Shown here: one piece after another, positions 18,414-26,945 of the stretch | Numbering within the stretch: position 1 is the stretch's first letter | How the letters are laid out: the number at the start of each line of letters is the position of its first letter | From: an uncultured Bdellovibrionales bacterium | GTDB taxonomy: Bacteria > Patescibacteriota > Minisyncoccia > Moranbacterales > UBA1568 | Length of the DNA: 64,000 nt | Direction of reading: 5' to 3' | Assembly (NCBI GenBank): GCA_964384235.1 | Contig: CAYLJX010000002.1 | Coordinates: 114,660 to 178,659 of the forward strand | The notes under the pieces: generated by a model | Seen by the model: only the letters and a program-made list of their open reading frames with translations | What the model was told of the DNA's origin: nothing | Database searches by the model: none | Position numbers and translations under genes: made by a program

Positions 18414-19568
18414 ATGTTCAAAACTCTCTCTCTCTCTCGTTACCTCGTAAAGCTCGGAGTTTTTCTTGTTATCTTGATAGCGACGACTTCCGTCCAGTAT
18501 GTTCTGGCTGGTAACGGCCAGTCCGGTGTCGGCTGGCTCTGGGGCGGAAGTGATACCGGAACCGTAAAAGATGTCGCTGTCGATCCGAGGAACTACGTCG
18601 CCTCCGGTCCCGGTTGGATCAGCCTCAACAGCAGTGATTGCGATGCCGATAACAACGGTTTCGTCGATGTTTCGTGCGGAGGTAACAATACCTCGACGCC
18701 GTCTATCGATTACGGTGTCAATATTCCGTTGGCCGACGGTGTTCTTTCCGGTTATGCCTGGTCGGATCGTTTCGGCTGGATCAGTTTCAACGCGGCGGAT
18801 GTCACTGGCTGCCCGTCGGGTATTTGCAACGCGAGACGGGTCGGAAGCGCCCTCAAAGGCTGGGCGAGGATTCTTTCTTTGAACGGTACCGGCGATTGGA
18901 AGGGATTCGTAGCTATCGATCAGGCGTCGTCCGGCGGGAGCGTCTCATACAGCGGCGTGAATCTCCCGTCCGTGATGATCCAGGCTGATGACACGCTCTC
19001 CGGGTATATCTATTCCGATGAGGTGGGTTGGATAGATGTTTCCAGAGCGAGCATCCGTACCGTCCCCACGCTCCAGCTCTGCCGAGATGGTGGTTCCACT
19101 CCTTTCGCTCAGGGCGGAGAAACCCGATCCCTTGCTCTCAATCTTCAACCCGCCGCCGGATCAACGGCCAATATGACTACTTTTTTTGACACTACTCCGG
19201 ATTGCTTCGGTACCGACGTCACCATGAGGAGCACCTTCACTGATAATGCTGCCTCCTCTGTGGTCACTATCTCTCCCAACGGCTCCAACCCCAACGTCTT
19301 CATGGGGAATGATGTTCCTGGATCCTCAGCGGCCGGCCAGCAGTCCGCTTCAGAAACCGTCACTGTCTTCTACTCCGGTCAGACCATCACCGTTCCCGTT
19401 ACCGTCATCGAGTTCTGCTCCTCAAACTGCACCGCCGCTATCCAGGCTGGTACGTGCCAAGGTCAATTGCCTAACCCGGTGGTTAAGAACAGCTGTGGTG
19501 GCGATGAACTCAGCTGCCTCGGTACCCGTTCCTGCGACTTCAACTGGAAGGAAGTGGCGCCGCAGTGA
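18414..19568 (+). CDS. secreted Cys-rich repeat protein (three GW-type repeats)
   Basis: Signal peptide. Repeats GPGWISLNSSDCDADN, SGYAWSDRFGWISFNAADV, SGYIYSDEVGWIDVS. A (CT)7 tract sits at codons 4-8. Confidence 0.5.
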   Translation: MFKTLSLSRYLVKLGVFLVILIATTSVQYVLAGNGQSGVGWLWGGSDTGTVKDVAVDPRNYVASGPGWISLNSSDCDADNNGFVDVSCGGNNTSTPSIDYGVNIPLADGVLSGYAWSDRFGWISFNAADVTGCPSGICNARRVGSALKGWARILSLNGTGDWKGFVAIDQASSGGSVSYSGVNLPSVMIQADDTLSGYIYSDEVGWIDVSRASIRTVPTLQLCRDGGSTPFAQGGETRSLALNLQPAAGSTANMTTFFDTTPDCFGTDVTMRSTFTDNAASSVVTISPNGSNPNVFMGNDVPGSSAAGQQSASETVTVFYSGQTITVPVTVIEFCSSNCTAAIQAGTCQGQLPNPVVKNSCGGDELSCLGTRSCDFNWKEVAPQ

Positions 19569-19632
19569 ATCTGAAAAAGTCCATAAGGTTTATAAAGTCA
19601 TACAGTAATTAAATTAAGTAACAATGTAATAT

Positions 19633-20268
19633 ATGAAGCTCCTCTTTACAAGAGATTTTGCCTATTGGGGGAAAGTGGTCATTTTCGGTGCCGTCTTGGG
19701 TATCGGACTCCAGTTCGCCCACGCCTGGGTGGCTCCGACTTTGGCCCCGCCCAATGGCAATATCGGGCTTAAGAAATATGTTTCGGATTGCAACCAATTT
19801 GCCGTCAATGGCTGGGAAAGCAAAGATGAATGTCTTAAAGACGGTCGGTGGCATTTGGTGCAGTCGACTTCTGGTGGGGCAAACGCCGATCTTATCGCGG
19901 CGATCGGTAGTGGAGCAGAAATACGGATCACCTATGAGGTGGCCGGTGGCGGGGTTGGAACGGCTACAAGGCAGTGTGCGAATGCGTTTATCTATACGCC
20001 GTATGCCTATTGCCAGGGACCGATGCAGTACGGAGGCTCTGTCACGGATACTATCCCGTCCGGGACCCCAGACTACTATACATTTGACAGCGCCGATCCC
20101 CGGCCGCATGCGACGTGGGGTCACATGGGTCTGAATGTCACTCGTTCTGATGGCAGGGTAAAGGGAACGTCTATCGTTCCTCAGATGGACGGAATGCAGA
20201 GAGCCCAGACGACTCTCATGGAAAACACCGGAAGTGTTCCGAGTCTCAAATGGTATGCGAAATACTAA
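19633..20268 (+). CDS. secreted hypothetical protein
   Basis: Signal peptide with AHA cleavage site. No known motifs. Confidence 0.45.
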   Translation: MKLLFTRDFAYWGKVVIFGAVLGIGLQFAHAWVAPTLAPPNGNIGLKKYVSDCNQFAVNGWESKDECLKDGRWHLVQSTSGGANADLIAAIGSGAEIRITYEVAGGGVGTATRQCANAFIYTPYAYCQGPMQYGGSVTDTIPSGTPDYYTFDSADPRPHATWGHMGLNVTRSDGRVKGTSIVPQMDGMQRAQTTLMENTGSVPSLKWYAKY

Positions 20269-20278
20269 CCCGGAAGAT

Positions 20279-20794
20279 ATGAATACTTCTTGTCTTATAG
20301 GTTCTTTCCGGATTTCAGTGGTCGTTTTTAGTGTACTGTCTCTTCTGGCATTTCTCGCCGTAGCGGTTTTCTTTATGAATCGAGGAGGGGGTGATAGCGC
20401 AAAGGAAAAACAGGCCGATCAGGGGATCGCGTGTGTTAACTGTCCCGTTCCAGGATCAGGACAGGATGTGGCGGCTGCGACGTTTTCAGGGAAGGCAGTC
20501 CGGGTGTCTGAAACCGATATCATCGTGGAAGCGGACGGTGTCACGCCACGAACATTCATGATCGATGCCGGGACCAAGGTATCTCGGGAACAGTGCCGGA
20601 AGCTCTCACCAGAGGAGCAGGAAGCTATCCAGCAGGGAACGGTTGGGGGTGTGGTGTCGACCGAGTCTTGTGAGCGCATAGAGGCGGTGAGAGGTGATAT
20701 CGGTGCCGGGCAGACCGTCGTGATCGTTCTTGGTCAGGCGGCCGGCCAGTCTGAGGTTGCTCGTGAAGTCATCATCGCTTTTGATCGGCAGTAG
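20279..20794 (+). CDS. membrane-anchored hypothetical protein
   Basis: TM helix at aa 10-35. ATG at 20279 in the frame of ORF 20234..20794. Confidence 0.4.
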   Translation: MNTSCLIGSFRISVVVFSVLSLLAFLAVAVFFMNRGGGDSAKEKQADQGIACVNCPVPGSGQDVAAATFSGKAVRVSETDIIVEADGVTPRTFMIDAGTKVSREQCRKLSPEEQEAIQQGTVGGVVSTESCERIEAVRGDIGAGQTVVIVLGQAAGQSEVAREVIIAFDRQ

Positions 20795-20833
20795 GGTTAT
20801 CAGAGTAGCATCTTGTACTAAGAAACAGCAAAA

Positions 20834-20864
20834 AACCTCGCCCTTTCGGAACGAGGTTTTTTGT
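20834..20864. terminator. bidirectional rho-independent terminator between convergent genes
   Basis: aaaaa-cctcg...cgagg-tttttt hairpin with an A-run on one side and a T-run on the other. Confidence 0.55.
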
Positions 20865-20875
20865 TTCGGGAAAGA

Positions 20876-21220
20876 CTATCGCACTTTCTCTACGAAGGCC
20901 TTGAATGTCTCGGGGTGCTCCATGGCCATCTGCGAGAGTACCTTGCGGTCGAGCTCGATGTTCTTGGTCTTCTCAAGGGCGATGAAGGCGCGGTAGGTGA
21001 TTCCGTGCATGCGAAGAGCGGTGTTGAGCCGGGTGATCCAGAGCGAGCGGAAGCTTCGTTTCTTGGCGCGGCGATCGCGGCGGGCATACTTGCCAGCCTT
21101 GATGACGGCCTCTTTGGCTTTGGTAAAAAGCTTCTTGCGTCCCCAGCGGAAGCCCTTGGCTTGTTTCAAAATATTCTTGTGGCGCTTTTTGGTCATGACG
21201 CCACGCTTGACTCGTGCCAT
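20876..21220 (-). CDS. rplT: 50S ribosomal protein L20
   Basis: MARVKRGVMTKKRHKNILKQAKGFRWGRK... is the canonical L20 sequence. Confidence 0.9.
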   Translation of the reverse strand: MARVKRGVMTKKRHKNILKQAKGFRWGRKKLFTKAKEAVIKAGKYARRDRRAKKRSFRSLWITRLNTALRMHGITYRAFIALEKTKNIELDRKVLSQMAMEHPETFKAFVEKVR

Positions 21221-21230
21221 AGTTTTACTT

Positions 21231-21345
21231 CAGTTAATCGGTTGAAGGGTTAACAAGTTCACAGGTTAGCAGATTTTTCGATAAAAAGTCAATTCTTGAA
21301 TCCTTACTTGTAACTTTTTAACCTGTTAACCGGGGAACTGGAATT
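21231..21345. repeat. GTTAAC-rich intergenic repeat (copy 2), between rpmI and rplT
   Basis: gttgaagggttaacaagttcacaggttagc...aactttttaacctgttaaccgggg. Confidence 0.55.
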
Positions 21346-21539
21346 TATGCGTACGGGAGGGCCTTTTTGATGTTCTTTTCGACGGCGGCGTAGACATCCT
21401 GGTCACGGCGCTTGGCACGATTCTGGTTGCCGGTCGCTCGGGAGTTGTAGTGGTTCTGTCCGGTGGCGCGGGTCTTGATCCTGCCGCTGCCGGTCACCTT
21501 CACTTTTTTAGCGATGGACTTCTTCGTCTTCTGCTTCAT
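21345..21539 (-). CDS. rpmI: 50S ribosomal protein L35
   Basis: 64 aa, MKQKTKKSIAKKVKVTGSG...ALPYA. Confidence 0.85.
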   Translation of the reverse strand: MKQKTKKSIAKKVKVTGSGRIKTRATGQNHYNSRATGNQNRAKRRDQDVYAAVEKNIKKALPYA

Positions 21540-21565
21540 ATTCTTTGAATCATTTAATCTCGTTA

Positions 21566-22114
21566 TTATTCTGGGGCTATGAGAACCGTAAACCCCTTCG
21601 GTCCCCGCTTCACCTCTTCTTCGGTACGGTAGGGGAGCGTGATGCTTTTGAGGAAGAGACTGAGGTTTTCTCGGGCCTTGTCGGTCATGGCTTTCTCACG
21701 ACCGCGCAGGAGGATCTCGATGCGTACCTTGTTTCCTTTGCCGAGGAATTTTTCCGCCTGAGTCTTCTTGAACAGGAGATCGTGCTTGTCGGTGCGGAAG
21801 CCGATACGGATGCCCTTGGTCTCGACTTTTTTCTGTTTGGCCTTCTGCTGCTGTTCCTGCTTGGCCTGCCGGTACTGGAGCTTGCCGTAATCGGTGATCT
21901 TGCAGACCGGCGGTGTCGCCAAGGGGGAGACTTCCACGAGGTCGGCTTCCTGTTCCTGGGCGAGGGCGATCGCGGCGGCAGTGTCCATCTCACCGAGGTT
22001 TTCACCGCTTCCATCGATGACCATGACACGCGGAACGAGAATCTGCTCGTTGACGCGCAGTCGCTGGATGATCTGTGGTTTCGGTTTCGGTCTATTGTGA
22101 CGTCTTCGTCTCAT
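21566..22114 (-). CDS. infC: translation initiation factor IF-3
   Basis: INEQILVPRVMVIDGSGENLGEM..., conserved IF-3 N and C domains. ATG at 22114 chosen. The track ORF extends to 22168 and overlaps the tmRNA 3' end. Confidence 0.8.
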   Translation of the reverse strand: MRRRRHNRPKPKPQIIQRLRVNEQILVPRVMVIDGSGENLGEMDTAAAIALAQEQEADLVEVSPLATPPVCKITDYGKLQYRQAKQEQQQKAKQKKVETKGIRIGFRTDKHDLLFKKTQAEKFLGKGNKVRIEILLRGREKAMTDKARENLSLFLKSITLPYRTEEEVKRGPKGFTVLIAPE

Positions 22115-22133
22115 TGTTCCGCGTATTAAAAAG

Positions 22134-22528
22134 TGGAGTTGATGGGAATCGCACCCATGTCCAGGCATGTTTTTCCAAAATAGTCTACAAGCTTAGTGTC
22201 GCTTGGCATGAAAGAGGAGGGTAGAAGCGGACGAAATCCCTCATCAGTCTCTTCTTCTGCAACAGGTCCTGAAAATGAAGAGAAGGAAGATTCTCAGGCT
22301 GCCTCGATGATATGGCACCGGATGACTCGTATCGAGAATAGGAGGTCCGATGGCTCACGCGATTAGGCGCGGGCAAAAGCGAAAGACGGAGCAAACGCCG
22401 AAGCGATCGCGGTCTTGGCCTTGGTGATGAAGTTTGCAGTTATCATCGTGGGAACGAGTTTTACGATCATGTTCCCGAGATCGGCTTGCGTATTTTGAAA
22501 GTACATCCTGTCGAGTCTAGACAACCCC
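22134..22528 (-). ncRNA. ssrA: tmRNA (SsrA)
   Basis: On the minus strand. 5' end GGGGUUGUCUAGACUCGACAGG (tRNA-like 5' half). 3' end ACAUGGGUGCGAUUCCCAUCAACUCCA: T-arm plus acceptor strand pairing with the 5' GGGGUUG, giving a G3:U70 pair. Internal candidate tag frame GCA AAC ... GCC TAA. Directly downstream of smpB on the same strand. Confidence 0.55.
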
Positions 22529-22707
22529 TTGGTCATTGCAATAGGCGTGTTGCCATTGTGATGACTGAGCGATAGTGTAGAATGCGGTTTTTCTTTTTGG
22601 ATTGCTCAAATTTTAAATTTCTAATTTCAAATTTCTAAACAAAACCGAATGACTGAATGTCTGAAACATTAAAAATTCGGACTTGATTCAAAATTCTGAA
22701 TTCAAAA

Positions 22708-23154
22708 TTAGAAATTCTTTAAAGCTCGCTCGATCTTTCGTTTCGCTTCACGCTTCCCGATGTCCGAGCGCTTGTCGTAGGCTTTTTTCCCCTTGCCCAC
22801 GGCAAACTCCAACTTGACGAGTTGTTTCTTAGTATACAGTCGAATGGGCACTAAAGTCAAGCCTTCGACGCGTGATTTTCCTATCAGAGAGCGGATTTCC
22901 CGACGACGGAGGAGGAGTTTTCTGGAACGAGTGTCTTCGTGCCTCGTGTCCCGGTGGGCATGTTGATAACGAGGGATGAGGGCATTGGTGAGGTAGAGTT
23001 CGCTTCCTTTGACCGTGACAAAGGCTCCTTTGAGGCTTGCATGTCCAGTTTTGACGGATTTTACCTCGGCTCCGGTCAATACCAAACCCGCCTCATATCG
23101 ATCAGAGAGGGCATAATCGAAACTCGCTCGTTTGTTGGTAGCAATGACTTTCAT
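22708..23154 (-). CDS. smpB: SsrA-binding protein SmpB
   Basis: MKVIATNKRASFDYALSDRYEAGLVLTGAEVKSVK... ATG at 23154 within ORF 22708..23268. Confidence 0.85.
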   Translation of the reverse strand: MKVIATNKRASFDYALSDRYEAGLVLTGAEVKSVKTGHASLKGAFVTVKGSELYLTNALIPRYQHAHRDTRHEDTRSRKLLLRRREIRSLIGKSRVEGLTLVPIRLYTKKQLVKLEFAVGKGKKAYDKRSDIGKREAKRKIERALKNF

Positions 23155-23274
23155 AGTATCTAGTATGTAGTATTGGGTATTTAGGGGGAAGGAGCAAGGG
23201 TGATTGACTTGATATGGGAAAAATAGTACTATACCAAGTCGAAGATCACTTCGACTCTTCTTTATCAACTCACC

Positions 23275-23697
23275 GTGGGGAAAGTCATGAAAATAGATGC
23301 GGGTGATGTAGGGACGGTGCTGGGTGCTCTCATGTTGGGGAGTCTGGCAGCTGAAGATCCTCCGCCAGTCTGGTGGAAAAAAACCATGAATAAACTGCTG
23401 TGGACGTCACTGGTCGGGCTTGTCTTGATCGCTGACGTGGTAGTCGGCGTACTCACGTTCTGTGCCAGTGAATACCTCTTGGCGCAGGTGGCATCGCAGT
23501 ACGCGTTCATCGCCGGCTTTCAGGAATTTTTTTCGCCGTACGGATCCGTTGTCTTTGCCCTGCTGTGTGGTGTCGGGCTCCTGCTCTTGCAGATTGGGGC
23601 AACTGTCGCAATCTGGTTCTGGGTGGAGGATATGTCTCCGGCACCTGTTTCTGGTCGGGACATGACCAACCTCTCATCTTTCCGGTGCTCGGGCTGA
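23275..23697 (+). CDS. hypothetical membrane protein
   Basis: Three hydrophobic helices, no motifs. Confidence 0.3.
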   Translation: MGKVMKIDAGDVGTVLGALMLGSLAAEDPPPVWWKKTMNKLLWTSLVGLVLIADVVVGVLTFCASEYLLAQVASQYAFIAGFQEFFSPYGSVVFALLCGVGLLLLQIGATVAIWFWVEDMSPAPVSGRDMTNLSSFRCSG

Positions 23698-23791
23698 TTC
23701 CTCTGGTGCTGGCTGTTTATCGCTGCCGCATACCCTCTCGTGGGCGTGCGGCAGTTTTCTTTTTGGCTTTTTTCGGCTACGATGGGAAAGT

Positions 23792-25414
23792 ATGAAGATT
23801 CTGATCGAGAAACAATTGAGAGAAGCGATACGGGCATTGCAGGAAACAGGGATACTTCCTGCTTTTGATGTTCCTGGAATCCGTGTGGAGCGGCCCAAGG
23901 ACGATCAGTTCGGGGAGTATACGACCAATGTCGCATTGATGATCTCGAAGCAGGCAGGAAAGAGCCCGAGGGAGATAGCGGAAAAAATCAGAGAACAGCT
24001 AACAGAGAACAGTGAGCAGAATACTCTTTTTGAGAAAGTGGAAGTCGCAGGGCCGGGACATCTGAATTTTTATCTGTCGCAGGAGGCGCTCACGAACGTC
24101 GTGCGGGAGGTTTTGGAAAAAGGAGGATCATTCGGTGATTCGAATATCGGCGTAGGGGAGAAAGTGAACAACGAATTTATTTCGGCCAATCCGACGGGAC
24201 CCTTGCATCTTGGCAATGGCCGTGGCGGATTTTATGCCGATTCACTCTCGCGCGTCTTGCGAAAGAGCGGCTATGACGTGACGAACGAATACTATATCAA
24301 CGACGCCGGCGAGCAGGTGATGAAACTGGGGCATAGTGTCTTAAAGGACAGCGAGGCAGTCTATGGCGGCGACTATATCGACGCGCTCAATGAACAGCTA
24401 ACAGCGAACAGTGAACAGAAAAACCTGAATGCGAAAGAAATTGGGGAGTGGGCGGCGGAGATCGTGATGGAGGAGATGGTCAAGAAGACACTCTCTGAAC
24501 AGATGGCTATCTCGTTTGATGTTTTCACGTCAGAGAAGAAGGATGTCGTGGAGAAAGGTTTCGTAGACAAGGCTATCGAGATTTTCAAAGAAAAAGGGCT
24601 AGCGTTCGAAGAAGAGGGGGCACTTTGGCTTCGTACCACCGAGTTCGGTGACGACAAGGACCGCGTGCTCGTGAAGCAAGACGGCTCTCGGACGTACTTC
24701 GCTTCCGACTGTGGATACATCTTGCAGAAAATAGAGCGTGACTTTACGAGACTCATCGAGACATGGGGCGCTGACCATCACGGCTATGTGGCGCGTTTCA
24801 AGGCAGCAGCACAGGCGCTCGGGTTTCAGGGGAAAATCGATTTCCTTCTTGTTCAGCTCGTGAAGCTCGTCAAGGACGGCGTCGAGGTGAGGATGAGCAA
24901 GCGTGCCGGCAACGTGGTGACGATCGACGAGCTCATCGAGACGGTCGGGCACGACGTGGCGCGGTTCTTTTTCCTTATGTACGCGCCGGAGACACATATG
25001 AACTTCGATCTCGGGCTCGCCGAGGAGCGCTCCGCCAAGAACCCGGTCTTCTACGTGCAGTATGCGCACGCGAGGCTCGCGAGTATTCTGCGCAAAGCCG
25101 AGGAGGAAGGATTCGTATCGGACGGCGCCGACCTCTCCCTTCTTATGCATCCCAAGGAGCGTGAACTCATGCGCGAGCTCCTCTTTTTTCCGGAACTCGT
25201 CGAGACAGTCTCGGAAGACTTTTCCGTGCACAAGCTGCCGCAGTATGCTATCCGTCTTGCCGACAAGCTCCATTCTTTCTATGATGAGTGTCGGGTGCTC
25301 GATGCCGAGAATCAGTCTCTCTCGGCGGCACGCCTCGAACTCATCCGTTCTGTCAAGATCGTCCTCGGTGAAACCCTCTCCCTCATGGGTATCGACGCCC
25401 CGGAGAGGATGTAA
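23792..25414 (+). CDS. argS: arginyl-tRNA synthetase
   Basis: ANPTGPLHLGNGRG (HIGH-class motif), class I ArgRS domain order, 540 aa. Confidence 0.9.
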   Translation: MKILIEKQLREAIRALQETGILPAFDVPGIRVERPKDDQFGEYTTNVALMISKQAGKSPREIAEKIREQLTENSEQNTLFEKVEVAGPGHLNFYLSQEALTNVVREVLEKGGSFGDSNIGVGEKVNNEFISANPTGPLHLGNGRGGFYADSLSRVLRKSGYDVTNEYYINDAGEQVMKLGHSVLKDSEAVYGGDYIDALNEQLTANSEQKNLNAKEIGEWAAEIVMEEMVKKTLSEQMAISFDVFTSEKKDVVEKGFVDKAIEIFKEKGLAFEEEGALWLRTTEFGDDKDRVLVKQDGSRTYFASDCGYILQKIERDFTRLIETWGADHHGYVARFKAAAQALGFQGKIDFLLVQLVKLVKDGVEVRMSKRAGNVVTIDELIETVGHDVARFFFLMYAPETHMNFDLGLAEERSAKNPVFYVQYAHARLASILRKAEEEGFVSDGADLSLLMHPKERELMRELLFFPELVETVSEDFSVHKLPQYAIRLADKLHSFYDECRVLDAENQSLSAARLELIRSVKIVLGETLSLMGIDAPERM

Positions 25415-25431
25415 AACAAAAAGTTTTTCTC

Positions 25432-25590
25432 ATGTTTTTTCTCCTTTCGACCGAACACAAGAAAAAATACAAGAAGAAGCGCGGGTTCGACGAAGACCTG
25501 CTCGGTTTCATCGTGAAGGCTGTCGGATCAGTCTCCTTGTTCGTCGTCGTGGCTGTCGGGTTGGATATCTACCGTCTGTTGCGCTGATTC
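25432..25590 (+). CDS. small tail-anchored membrane protein (52 aa), hypothetical
   Basis: ATG at about 25432. Lys-rich N-terminus and C-terminal TM helix GFIVKAVGSVSLFVVVAVGLDIY. Not in the ORF track (shorter than 60 aa). Confidence 0.25.
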
Positions 25591-25599
25591 TCTTTTCGT

Positions 25600-26169
25600 A
25601 TGGCAGAAAAAAACATCACGTTCTTTCTGGTGCGTCACGGCGAGGCGGAGCAGAACGTGTCCGGTATCGCGAGCTCGTGGCCGGAGACGCGCGAATTCCA
25701 TCTGACGGAAAAAGGTCGGAAGCAGATCGAAGCAGTGGCCGATCTTCTCTCCGGGAAACATATCGACAGGATCTTCTCGTCGCCGATCTGTCGGACGCGC
25801 GAGACGGCGGAAATGATCGCTGAAGCGACGGGTGCATCTGTCGAGTTCGATGAACGTCTGCGTGAGACAGGCCTCGGTATCTTCAATGGTCGGCCGGTCA
25901 GCGAATTCTTCGAAAAGTACTCTCCAGAAGCACGTATCAGTCCCGATCCGGCCGACGGCGTGGAGAGCTACATCGATATGCGCGCGCGCCTCACGCATTT
26001 CCTCGATGATATCAAGGAGAAATGTATCGGCCAGAGTGTCATCATCGTGTCGCATGGCGATCCGCTCGAGCAGCTCCATGGCATCCTCACGAACGAGGCT
26101 CCCGGCCGCTCGGCCACCGGCTGGTACGCCGAAAAGGGGAGTTGTACGGAAGTGACATGGAGATTCTAA
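25600..26169 (+). CDS. histidine phosphatase family protein (phosphoglycerate-mutase-like)
   Basis: LVRHGEAEQN catalytic RHG motif, second His region IVSHGD. Confidence 0.7.
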   Translation: MAEKNITFFLVRHGEAEQNVSGIASSWPETREFHLTEKGRKQIEAVADLLSGKHIDRIFSSPICRTRETAEMIAEATGASVEFDERLRETGLGIFNGRPVSEFFEKYSPEARISPDPADGVESYIDMRARLTHFLDDIKEKCIGQSVIIVSHGDPLEQLHGILTNEAPGRSATGWYAEKGSCTEVTWRF

Positions 26170-26642
26170 CCATCAAGATCCAAAAGAGTATGCTGTATTC
26201 CGAATACCGACAATTGTCTTCCGATGACGCATGTCATTTCTGTGACCCGGAGGACCGGGCGTTCGTCGAGAATGCGGACGCCTTCCTCACCTATGCCATC
26301 GCCCCGTATCATGAACATCACCTCCTTGTGATCCCCAAGCGGCACCGGGCGTCGTTTCTCGAGATGGAACGGGGGGAATTCGATCAGGTGTGGGACCTCA
26401 TCCGCAAGGGCGCGGCCATACTCCTCGAACTGGGATACGAGACCTACACCGTCATTGTCCGGGAAGGCAAGAACGCCGCCAAGAGCATGGAGCACCTGCA
26501 CTATCATCTCATTCCCAACAACCGCATCGGTGATCTCGACCATGCGGGACAAGGCCGATCCGTCATGGAGGCTTCGCAGATCGACCAGGTATCGCGAGAC
26601 GTCCGGGAAGCCATGGATCGGTTGAAATTCAACGGCATCTAA
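26157..26642 (+). CDS. HIT-family hydrolase
   Basis: Histidine triad HLHYHLIP. ATG at 26157, overlapping the upstream gene's end. Confidence 0.7.
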   Translation: MEILTIKIQKSMLYSEYRQLSSDDACHFCDPEDRAFVENADAFLTYAIAPYHEHHLLVIPKRHRASFLEMERGEFDQVWDLIRKGAAILLELGYETYTVIVREGKNAAKSMEHLHYHLIPNNRIGDLDHAGQGRSVMEASQIDQVSRDVREAMDRLKFNGI

Positions 26643-26659
26643 GGTTGCTTTTTCTTTTG

Positions 26660-26940
26660 GCGGGTGATACAGTGGCGGTACAATATTTGAAAGGCGATGA
26701 AGGGATCATCCTCCTGGAGCTCCAAGAAGAAAGCCTTTGCGGCGAGTAGAACTTGGCGGGCACGCCCGTAACAGCCGGAATGAAGGGTATTTTGTATTAT
26801 GTATTTTGTATTATGTATTCCTTATACATAATACTTGATACCAGATACTTCATACCGAACTGAGGTGGTACCACGCTCCGACTCCTTATCGGTCGTTCAG
26901 CGTCCTTAGCACAGAGCGTGTTAAGGATTTTTTGTTTTTA
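26660..26940 (+). promoter_or_regulatory. candidate T-box riboswitch leader (Ile-specific) with intrinsic terminator, upstream of ileS
   Basis: T-box core match AGGUGGUACCACGC at about 26863-26876 (consensus AGGGUGGNACCGCG). Candidate specifier AUC-A at about 26704-26711. Downstream terminator ccttagcac-agagc-gtgttaagg plus T-run at about 26904-26939. The motif 3' half cacgctc can pair with gagcgtg inside the terminator. Confidence 0.4.
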
Positions 26941-26945
26941 TAATT

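Noticed and set aside
22362-22445. Exact tmRNA tag peptide boundaries.
   Set aside because: A frame ending in GCC TAA exists, but the resume codon cannot be fixed by eye. The unusually long tag with an ARA ending is reported only as a candidate.
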